Shown in pieces: positions 55,736 to 64,000 of a stretch of 64,000 bases of DNA. This stretch comes from an uncultured Planctomycetales bacterium (lineage in GTDB: Bacteria; Omnitrophota; Gorgyraeia; Gygaellales; Profunditerraquicolaceae): positions 12,946 through 76,945 of the forward strand of contig CAZIUK010000003.1 of NCBI GenBank assembly GCA_964542785.1. Direction: 5' to 3'. The translations under genes and the position numbers were made by a program. The notes under the pieces are model-generated. The model was not told the DNA's origin. It searched no databases and saw only the letters and a program-made list of their open reading frames with translations. How positions within the stretch are numbered: position 1 is the first letter of the stretch; each line of letters starts with the position of its first letter.

Positions 55736-56614
55736 ATGCATAAAGATGTAGATATTTTAGTTATCAAAGGAGAAGAAAAAGCCACAGGGTTGATTGAATC
55801 TACGGTTCGTTCTGCAGGCTACAATGTTTGGTTGGCCAATGATCATAATGAAGGCTTGAAGCTTTTGCGTTCTAATACTTTCCCGATAGTAATTACAGAA
55901 GTACTTTCTGTAAAGATGGATGTTGCTCACTTTTGTAGAGAGGTCAACAAACTAAGCCCGTTGACTAACGTGATTGTTGTTGCCCTCTATTCTTTAATTA
56001 ATAACGCTATTAAGGCTATGGAGGCAGGGGCTTACGGGTATATTACTAAGCCACTAAATGTTTCTGAAATACGTATAGTCGTGGAGAGGGCAGTAGAGAG
56101 GTACTTTCTGTTTTCTGCCAGGGAAGATAAGGATTATTTTGTTGATTTAGCTGTAAGGGATGGGCTTACCGGACTTTTTAATCGGCGCTATTTTAATGAA
56201 TTAATAAAAATAGAGTTTAGCCGCATTAAGCGGTTACCGTCGTTTCTCTCTCTGCTAATTCTTGACATAGATAATTTTAAAAACTATAATGATACGCAAG
56301 GACATAGCGCAGGCGACATTTTATTAAAGAATGCCGCTAAAATTTTTAAGAGTTCTGTGCGTACCGTAGATATAGTTTTTCGCTATGGGGGAGAGGAGTT
56401 TGCAGTAATACTTCCTAGTACAGATAAAAAAGGGGCTCAGATTATTGCAGAGAGGATACGTATGCAGGTGAGCCTGTATCTACCTACTACTGTAAGTATA
56501 GGCATTTCTACTGCCCCAGAAGATGCCGAGGAGATAAGCCTATTGATAGAGAAGGCGGATAAGGCTTTGTATCAAGCGAAGAACAGTGGTAAAAATAAGT
56601 GGTGTGTTGCATGA
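55736..56614 (+). CDS. Diguanylate cyclase with a degenerate receiver domain (REC-GGDEF)
   Basis: 292 aa. The active site GGEEF has an RxxD I-site (RTVD) 5 residues upstream. In the REC domain the phospho-acceptor position reads IVITEV (Glu instead of Asp), and the acidic pair is replaced (ILVIKGEE). Confidence 0.8.
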   Translation: MHKDVDILVIKGEEKATGLIESTVRSAGYNVWLANDHNEGLKLLRSNTFPIVITEVLSVKMDVAHFCREVNKLSPLTNVIVVALYSLINNAIKAMEAGAYGYITKPLNVSEIRIVVERAVERYFLFSAREDKDYFVDLAVRDGLTGLFNRRYFNELIKIEFSRIKRLPSFLSLLILDIDNFKNYNDTQGHSAGDILLKNAAKIFKSSVRTVDIVFRYGGEEFAVILPSTDKKGAQIIAERIRMQVSLYLPTTVSIGISTAPEDAEEISLLIEKADKALYQAKNSGKNKWCVA

Positions 56615-56835
56615 GGGTTCTTATACTAGAGCCTAAAGGGACTATTTGGGAGGGGATAGCAGAGCAAGTGACCCTTCCGGCTAAAGAAGGTCAAATGTGT
56701 GTGCTTGATTTTCATCAGCCTTTTGCAGTTAGGTTGATAAATGGCAGCATTGTTTTTAGCAATAAAAGAATAAAAATAAAAGACGGGGTTGCTTATATGC
56801 GGTCTAACAATTTGACGGCCTTTGTGCAAACTTAA
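56611..56835 (+). CDS. atpC: F-type ATPase epsilon subunit, beta-sandwich domain only
   Basis: 74 aa from MRVLILEPKGTIWEGIAEQVTLPAKEGQMCVLDFHQPF.... This fits the pattern of the epsilon N-terminal domain, and no C-terminal helical hairpin is present. An ATGA overlap links it to the GGDEF gene stop. Confidence 0.6.
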   Translation: MRVLILEPKGTIWEGIAEQVTLPAKEGQMCVLDFHQPFAVRLINGSIVFSNKRIKIKDGVAYMRSNNLTAFVQT

Positions 56836-56840
56836 AAAAT

Positions 56841-57053
56841 ATGAGTAGTATAGGATTAATTATCGTTATGTTTTTAAGCACTGCCGGCCCGGCTGCAGTT
56901 ATAGCTTTTGTAGGATATGCTGCGGTTAAGGCGGTCGCGCGTAATCCTTCCGCGAGCCCAAAGATATTTACTGTTATGATTCTATCATTTATATTCGCAG
57001 AGGCGATAGCGATTTTAGCCCTTCTGATTATATATAATTTGTTTACCAAATAA
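56841..57053 (+). CDS. atpE: F-type ATPase subunit c
   Basis: 70 aa forming a two-helix hairpin. The loop is ARNP and the helix-2 carboxylate is in IFAEAIAILAL. Confidence 0.8.
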   Translation: MSSIGLIIVMFLSTAGPAAVIAFVGYAAVKAVARNPSASPKIFTVMILSFIFAEAIAILALLIIYNLFTK

Positions 57054-57060
57054 GATAAAT

Positions 57061-57774
57061 ATGTTGATTAACCTTTTGATTTTGCAAATTATTACCTTTA
57101 TAGGGGTTGTCTTACTTTTACGTTTTATATTTACCCGCCACTTAAAATCCGCGTTATCCAGGCTTAATGCCTTGCATGGGGAAAATTTATCTAAAGAAGA
57201 AGAGCTTAAGGAGGAGATCAGGCGTGTTAAGGAGCAAAGCGAAGCCTTTATTAAACAAAGCAGGGAAGAAGCAGAATTAATCATTGCTGAGGCTAATAAG
57301 AATGCTCAGAGAATTAGGATGAATATTGAGGAGCAGGCTAGAAATCAGGCAGAGAAGATCATCAGTGATTCTCGCATAGATAGCGAGAAAATTCAAAAGG
57401 AAGCACTTAAGAATATACAGGGACAGAGTATAGAGTTAGCCTTAAGGATGATTTCAGAATTGCTTACTGAAACAGATAAGGTAGCTTTGCAGTATGAGTT
57501 AGCCAACGGTATTATTGAAGAGATCTCCCGATTGCCTAAAGAACAGTTTAGTGTTCCCGGGGGGGAAGTCAACATTACTTCCAGCTTTCCGCTGTTAGAA
57601 AGGCAATGCAATAAAATAAAGAGTATTCTTACAGATAAATCAGGTTCGCCTGTAAATTTAAATCAAAAGTTAGACCCGGAGATTATCGGCGGGCTTATAG
57701 TTGAAATGGGGGGCATGGTCATCGACGGGACATTAAGAAGCAGGCTACAGAGGGTTGCTGAGGGGTTTAAATAA
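57061..57774 (+). CDS. atpF: F-type ATPase subunit b fused to a delta (OSCP) C-terminal domain
   Basis: 237 aa with an N-terminal TM and a charged helix typical of subunit b. The C-terminus VNITSSFPL...LDPEIIGGLIVEMGGMVIDGTLRSRLQRV matches the delta C-terminal pattern. Confidence 0.65.
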   Translation: MLINLLILQIITFIGVVLLLRFIFTRHLKSALSRLNALHGENLSKEEELKEEIRRVKEQSEAFIKQSREEAELIIAEANKNAQRIRMNIEEQARNQAEKIISDSRIDSEKIQKEALKNIQGQSIELALRMISELLTETDKVALQYELANGIIEEISRLPKEQFSVPGGEVNITSSFPLLERQCNKIKSILTDKSGSPVNLNQKLDPEIIGGLIVEMGGMVIDGTLRSRLQRVAEGFK

Positions 57775-57778
57775 GCTT

Positions 57779-59251
57779 ATGGCTGTTGAGGCGTTAGATA
57801 TTAAAGAAGTAGGCAAGGTTGAGGAGCTTAAGCAGGGGATCGTTAAAATTAGTGGTTTGCCTAATTGCGCCTTTGGGGATGTTATAACTTTTGATAATTC
57901 ATCTTTTAGCATTGATAGTATGCTTAAGGGGATGATTATTGAGTTTGATTCTAAATACGCCTTTGGCATTGTTTTTGGGGATGAGCATAGCATAAAAGTA
58001 GGGGATATTGTTTCTAGCCGTAAACATTTATTAAGCGTACCGGTTGGAGATAGTTTTATAGGTAGGGTGGTAGATGCCTTAGGTAATCCTTTGGATGGTA
58101 AAGGTAAGATAGAGAAGGATGAAGATTATCCGGTTTTTCGGCAAGCTGCCGGGATAATGGAACGCGAACCCATTTCTCAGACTTTGCATACGGGTATTAA
58201 AATTATAGATATGTTGATTCCTTTAGGCAAGGGGCAACGTGAGCTTGTTGTTGGGGATAGGCAAATAGGCAAAACTTCTATTGCCTTGGATATGATAATA
58301 AATCAAAAAGGCAGAGATGTTATATGTATATATTGCTGGATTGGAGGCAGTATATCTGCCTTTAATAAGGTTATTCAGACTATAAAAGAGCACGGGTGCA
58401 TGGATTTTACTTTAGCTGTTTGTGCTTCTGCCGGGTCATCGGTTAGCGAACAGTATATTGCTCCTTATACTGCCGCGGCTTTAGGCGAGTATTTTATGTA
58501 TAAAGGCAAGGATGTGTTAGTAGTTTTTGATGATTTGACTAAGCATAGCTGGGTTTATAGGCAGATGTCTTTGTTACTGGAGCGTGCCCCTGGGAGAGAA
58601 GCTTACCCCGGAGATATATTCTTTCTTCACTCTCAATTAATGGAACGTGCTGGGAGGCTTAAAAAAGAATTTGGCGGAGGAACTATGACTTTTTTACCTT
58701 TGGCTGAAACACTGCAAGGAGATATTACAGGCTATATCTGTTCTAATATCGTTTCAATGACTGACGGGCAAATCTATTTAAATACTGGGTTATTCCAAGA
58801 AGGTTTTAAGCCAGCAATTGATTTAGAGTTATCTGTATCTCGTATTGGCAGTAAGGTACAGTCTCCGGCCATTAAGAAGTTAAGCGAAGGATTGCGTTAT
58901 GAATATGTACATTACCGTTCTTTGTTGAGATTGACGCGCCTGCGGACAAAATTAAGCCCCGAGGCTACGCAACAGATTCAGCGCGGTAGGGCGCTCTATG
59001 AATTGCTTATACAAGAAAATTTTTCTCCTGTTTCTCAAGCAGAAGAGATTGTTTCTTTTTACGCTTTTCAACAAAAAATCCTCGAGTCGATAAATTTGGA
59101 CGAGGTAAAATTGTTTAAGAAAAACTTTTTCCCTTATTTAAGTAAAAATAATCAAGATTTGGTGGATATTTTGAATGATAAAGGTGAACTTACAGAAGAA
59201 GTCAAGCAGCTTTTAGACAAGGCGATAAAAGGTTTTTTTGCGCTTTCATAA
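57779..59251 (+). CDS. atpA: F-type ATPase alpha subunit (divergent)
   Basis: Walker A is GDRQIGKTS. Also present are DDLTKHSWVYRQMSLLLERAPGREAYPGDIFFLHSQLMERA. The start is set at ATG 57779, just after the b-delta stop, whereas the ORF track starts at 57755. Confidence 0.85.
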   Translation: MAVEALDIKEVGKVEELKQGIVKISGLPNCAFGDVITFDNSSFSIDSMLKGMIIEFDSKYAFGIVFGDEHSIKVGDIVSSRKHLLSVPVGDSFIGRVVDALGNPLDGKGKIEKDEDYPVFRQAAGIMEREPISQTLHTGIKIIDMLIPLGKGQRELVVGDRQIGKTSIALDMIINQKGRDVICIYCWIGGSISAFNKVIQTIKEHGCMDFTLAVCASAGSSVSEQYIAPYTAAALGEYFMYKGKDVLVVFDDLTKHSWVYRQMSLLLERAPGREAYPGDIFFLHSQLMERAGRLKKEFGGGTMTFLPLAETLQGDITGYICSNIVSMTDGQIYLNTGLFQEGFKPAIDLELSVSRIGSKVQSPAIKKLSEGLRYEYVHYRSLLRLTRLRTKLSPEATQQIQRGRALYELLIQENFSPVSQAEEIVSFYAFQQKILESINLDEVKLFKKNFFPYLSKNNQDLVDILNDKGELTEEVKQLLDKAIKGFFALS

Positions 59252-59264
59252 ATGGGATAAATGA

Positions 59265-59337
59265 AATGGGGGACGAAATGGGGGACAGCGACTTTTTTCT
59301 AAAAAAAGTCGCTGTCCTCCCATAAAGTCGCTGTCCC
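59265..59337. repeat. REP-like cluster between atpA and atpG
   Basis: A partial head AATGGGGGAC is followed by GGGGACAGCGACTTTTTT (59281-59298). Reverse copies are AAAAAAAGTCGCTGTCC (59301-59317) and AAAGTCGCTGTCCC (59324-59337). Confidence 0.9.
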
Positions 59338-59349
59338 TCCCATTAAAAG

Positions 59350-60192
59350 ATGATACCGGTTGGGAAGCTAAAAGTAAACCTGCAGTTTAATAAGAACCTC
59401 GGCAATTTAGTTGAGGTGATGAAGTTGGCGGCGACCTCGCAGTTTAATCAATTTCGTTTAAAGGGGGAGCCGTCTTCTGAGTATGTAAAGCTGCTTGGTG
59501 ATTTCTTTGGAACCCTTTTAAGTATTGGTATTGGCAATGATTTATTAAGGCCCAGGGAGGGCCTGCCGTCTCTTTTAGTCTTAGTAAGTTCCGATGAAGG
59601 TTTTTTAGGAGAGCTTAACTTTCTTTTAGTTAATAGTCTTCTTAATACTTTAAGGCGAAATGATATCATTGCTTGTTCAGGAACCTTAGGGGCCAACTAT
59701 TTAAAAGAGGTCCAAATTGACTTTTCTTATTTTGATTCTCCTGGAGAAAAGCTTGATACAAAAGCCCTATCTTCCTTAAGGGATTATATATTAAACCTTT
59801 ATTTAAAGAAGAAGGTTGGCAGGGTTTATATAATTTACTCTAAGTTTATAAACATCGGCGCTCAACAGATTGAGGTAGAGACTATATTGCCTTTGTTTCA
59901 AGATTACCAGATGCAAAGAGTCCCCATTCAAAATTTTTTAATTGAGCCTAACCTTAAGTCGGTAATAGAAGGATGGGTTAAAAGCTGGCTGGATTTTCGC
60001 CTTTATCAAATTTTTTGGTTAAGCAAGCTCTCAGAGTTTGCCGCTAGGATTATGCATTTAGAGGGTAGTGTCCAAGAGTTAAAAAGGATAAATGGCCGCT
60101 TGAATATAGAGTATTTTAAATATTTACATGCCTTATCTGATAAATCGATTAGGGAGATTACTGCGGCGCGTTTAATTAATAAATATAGGTAA
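59350..60192 (+). CDS. atpG: F-type ATPase gamma subunit (divergent)
   Basis: 280 aa, positioned between alpha and beta. The N-terminus (NLGNLVEVMKLAATSQFNQF) and C-terminus (LSDKSIREITAARLI) resemble the terminal helices of gamma. Confidence 0.6.
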   Translation: MIPVGKLKVNLQFNKNLGNLVEVMKLAATSQFNQFRLKGEPSSEYVKLLGDFFGTLLSIGIGNDLLRPREGLPSLLVLVSSDEGFLGELNFLLVNSLLNTLRRNDIIACSGTLGANYLKEVQIDFSYFDSPGEKLDTKALSSLRDYILNLYLKKKVGRVYIIYSKFINIGAQQIEVETILPLFQDYQMQRVPIQNFLIEPNLKSVIEGWVKSWLDFRLYQIFWLSKLSEFAARIMHLEGSVQELKRINGRLNIEYFKYLHALSDKSIREITAARLINKYR

Positions 60193-61599
<1,407 letters not shown>

Positions 61600-61601
61600 A
61601 T

Positions 61602-63227
61602 ATGTCTAATAAATTATTAGGAGAGATGTTGTTGAGGAAGAAGTTTATCAGCGAGGAACAACTTTCTCAGGCATTAATGGCTTGTTCTCAGAATGAATCT
61701 ATGTTGGGGGCATACTTAGTGGAGAAAGGTCTTATCAGGGAAGAGGAGCTTTTAAGTGTCTTGTCCGAACAGTTTAATATTCCTTTTCTTTCTAATTTAA
61801 GAGAGGTTAAGGTTTCTACTGAAGCGATAAAAGCTATCCCGGCAAAATTAGTACAACACCACGGGTTTATCCCCATAAGTTTAGATGGCCAAGTTTTAAC
61901 GGTTGTGGTTTTTAATCCCATGGATTTATGGCTTGCGGAAAATATTAAACTTAATTTAGGCTTTCAAATTAAGAGGGTACTCTCTACGCGAAATGAAGTA
62001 GAGAAGGCAATACACAAGTATTATGGTGCTGTTGCCGGTACTGTGGATAAAATCATGGAAGGAAGATTTAGGCCCGGGATAAAGATTGAAAAAAGAGAGA
62101 CCATAGAGGATATTGAAAAAAACTCCGATGAGGCCTCAGTGATAAAGCTGGTGAATCAGATTATTTCAGAGGCAATAAAAATAAACGCGACTGATATTCA
62201 CATTGAGATTTATGAGAAGAAGATAGAGTTGCGTTACCGCATTGATGGAGTTTTACGTGAAATGAAGTTGCCCCAGGATGCTTATTATATCGGCCCGGCA
62301 ATTGTATCCAGGGTTAAAATTATGTGCCGTTTGGATGTTGTAGAACACCGCTTGCCTCAGGATGGCAGGGCAAGGGTGCGTTTAATTAGCGGGCAAGAGG
62401 TAGATTTAAGGGTTTCGGTTTTACCCAGTTATTTTGGAGAGAATGTTGTTATTCGCATACTTCCTTCGGGAGTTTTGCTTTGTTTGGATAAGATAGGTTT
62501 TTTCCCCGAAGATCTAAAGAAGATAAAAATGCTTTTGCAAAAACCGCACGGGATAATCCTTATTACAGGGCCTACCGGAAGCGGCAAGACTACCACGCTC
62601 TATGCTTCTTTAAGCCAATTAAACCGTAAAGAGGTAAAGATAATCAGTATAGAAGATCCGGTTGAATATGCAGTAGAGGGAATTACCCAAATCCATATTA
62701 ATCCTAAAATCGGGCTTACTTTTGCCAGCGCATTACGCAGTGTATTAAGGCATGATCCGGATGTTATGATGATAGGGGAGATCCGAGATCCTGAGACTGC
62801 GGATTTAGCGATACGTTCTGCATTAACCGGCCATTTGGTATTCTCTACGCTTCATACCAATGATTCAGCATCTGGGGTTGCCCGTCTTATAGATATGGGG
62901 ATCGAGCCGTATCTTTTAGCTTCCTCAATTGAGGTAATTATAGCGCAGAGGTTAGTGCGCTTGCTCTGTACTGCTTGTTCAGGAAAAGGTTGCGAGGCTT
63001 GCAGTGAAACAGGGTTTAAGGGGAGAAGGCCGGTTTATGAGATTATGATTATAGATGATGAAATTCGTAATATGATTATATCTCGTAAAAGTTCGCAAGA
63101 AATAAAGGCTAAGGCGCGGCAGAACGGGATGCTTACCCTTATGGATAACGGCATGCTTTTAGTTGAACAAGGTTTAACTAGTAAGGAAGAGATTTTACGC
63201 GTTGTGGAGTTAGAGCAGGAAGGTTAA
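61602..63227 (+). CDS. GspE/PilB/MshE-family secretion ATPase with an MshEN-type N-terminal domain
   Basis: 541 aa. Walker A is GPTGSGKTTT. An Asp box, a His box and a tetracysteine cluster (CTACSGKGCEAC) are present. The N-terminus has two 24-aa MshEN-like motifs separated by 5 residues. Confidence 0.88.
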   Translation: MSNKLLGEMLLRKKFISEEQLSQALMACSQNESMLGAYLVEKGLIREEELLSVLSEQFNIPFLSNLREVKVSTEAIKAIPAKLVQHHGFIPISLDGQVLTVVVFNPMDLWLAENIKLNLGFQIKRVLSTRNEVEKAIHKYYGAVAGTVDKIMEGRFRPGIKIEKRETIEDIEKNSDEASVIKLVNQIISEAIKINATDIHIEIYEKKIELRYRIDGVLREMKLPQDAYYIGPAIVSRVKIMCRLDVVEHRLPQDGRARVRLISGQEVDLRVSVLPSYFGENVVIRILPSGVLLCLDKIGFFPEDLKKIKMLLQKPHGIILITGPTGSGKTTTLYASLSQLNRKEVKIISIEDPVEYAVEGITQIHINPKIGLTFASALRSVLRHDPDVMMIGEIRDPETADLAIRSALTGHLVFSTLHTNDSASGVARLIDMGIEPYLLASSIEVIIAQRLVRLLCTACSGKGCEACSETGFKGRRPVYEIMIIDDEIRNMIISRKSSQEIKAKARQNGMLTLMDNGMLLVEQGLTSKEEILRVVELEQEG

Positions 63228-64000
63228 ATGATATTTAGATATAAAGCTAAAAAAAATCTTAACGAGGCAGTAGAAGGAGAAATCAAGAGTGAAAGTTTAG
63301 AAAAAGCCCTAGCTAGCCTTCAGTCTGAAGGTTTGGTCCCAGTTTATATTGAACCTGTTAGCCAGGATATTCCTATTGAGCAGTTAGAGGTTAACCCTAA
63401 GAAAAATTTTGGCAAGTGGCAACAGAAGCAGTTAATTTTATTTACACAGAAGCTTTATAATTTAGTTAATTCTAATGTAGAATTGTTAAGGGCATTAATG
63501 CTTTTAGAGGAGGATTGCCGCAATCTTACGGAAAAGGTATTAATTGGAGAAATTATAAGGAGTATTAAAGATGGGGCTACTTTCTCTGCTTCTTTAAGCT
63601 TGTACCCGCAATATTTCCCTGCTATTTATGTTAATATGCTGCGCGCAGGAGAATCAACCGGGAGGATTAAGGATGCACTTTTTCAGGTCTTAGGCTACCT
63701 CTGTAGGGTTGAAGACTTAAAAAGTAAGGTTAAGCAGGCTTTGGCTTATCCGCTATTTATGGTGATAGTAGGGACGGGGACTATATTTTTAATGCTTACC
63801 TTTGTTTTACCCCGTATTGCCGGGATGTTTGAAGATTTTCAGGCAGAACTTCCTTTCCCTACGCGCGTACTCTTATCTACCTCTGAATTTATTAAAACCC
63901 ACTGGTTTTTTTTGTTACTTTTTGCTTTTCTTTTAGTTTTTATTATCGGGAAAAAAGGCAAAAAAGGAATTTTTGCCAGTATTAAATACCGCCTCCCCAT
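63228..64000 (+). CDS. GspF/PilC-family inner-membrane platform protein (3' end beyond the window)
   Basis: I translated this manually from ATG 63228, which directly follows the gspE-like stop, and the frame stays open to the window end. Motifs include LYPQYFPAIYVNMLRAGESTGRI and ALAYPLFMVIVGTGTIFLMLTFVLPRI. It is absent from the ORF track because it has no stop. Confidence 0.8.
   Translation, partial: MIFRYKAKKNLNEAVEGEIKSESLEKALASLQSEGLVPVYIEPVSQDIPIEQLEVNPKKNFGKWQQKQLILFTQKLYNLVNSNVELLRALMLLEEDCRNLTEKVLIGEIIRSIKDGATFSASLSLYPQYFPAIYVNMLRAGESTGRIKDALFQVLGYLCRVEDLKSKVKQALAYPLFMVIVGTGTIFLMLTFVLPRIAGMFEDFQAELPFPTRVLLSTSEFIKTHWFFLLLFAFLLVFIIGKKGKKGIFASIKYRLP

Noticed and set aside
56599-56610. 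A longer start for atpC (MVCCMRV...) as given in the ORF track.
   Set aside because: It would overlap the GGDEF gene by 16 nt. ATG 56611 gives the typical epsilon N-terminus (MRVLIL...) with a standard ATGA stop/start overlap.
32629-59337. The GGGGACAGCGAC repeats as a possible CRISPR array.
   Set aside because: The copies are scattered over 27 kb with irregular spacing and mixed orientation, mostly as hairpin pairs, and no cas genes are present. The pattern fits REP/BIME-like elements rather than CRISPR.

Overview
This is an AT-rich, gene-dense 64-kb window. All 43 supported CDS and the one pseudogene lie on the + strand, and I found no rRNA, tRNA or CRISPR. In order, the window contains the following.

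- **7-4633:** a 1138-aa fusion protein with an archaemetzincin-type Zn-peptidase signature and a Pol-beta-type nucleotidyltransferase motif. It is followed by two PilZ proteins carrying three PilZ domains in total.
- **4671-19261:** a glycan-utilisation locus. It holds a CUT1-type ABC binding protein and two permeases, a GPH/MFS symporter, two paralogous clan GH-A glycosidases, a tandem CBM-like protein, a TPR protein, and ROK and LacI regulators.
- **19404-29209:** housekeeping genes. nrdJ is interrupted by a 429-aa LAGLIDADG intein. The others are apgM, mnmG, nadE, an Lrp/AsnC regulator, an aminotransferase and a CheY-like receiver.
- **29359-36609:** a secretin module. It comprises a small HTH protein, a GspA/ExeA-like ATPase, a GspB/C/PilP-like protein, two tandem secretin paralogs and a NarL-type two-component system.
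- **36849-55046:** four large secreted beta-sandwich proteins. One is a 3115-aa protein carrying a near-perfect 1929-bp in-frame tandem duplication. A membrane protein and an HExxH-x18-E peptidase follow.
- **55076-55711:** a decayed REP-associated tyrosine transposase (RAYT) bracketed by inverted copies of the repeat GGGGACAGCGACTTTTT. That repeat occurs 14 times between 32.6 and 59.3 kb.
- **55736-64000:** a degenerate-receiver GGDEF cyclase whose stop overlaps the start of an atypical F-type ATPase operon. The operon order is epsilon, c, b-delta fusion, alpha, gamma, beta, with no a subunit. It runs straight into GspE/PilB-like and GspF/PilC-like genes.

All functional calls come from motif recognition by eye. 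No database search was run.
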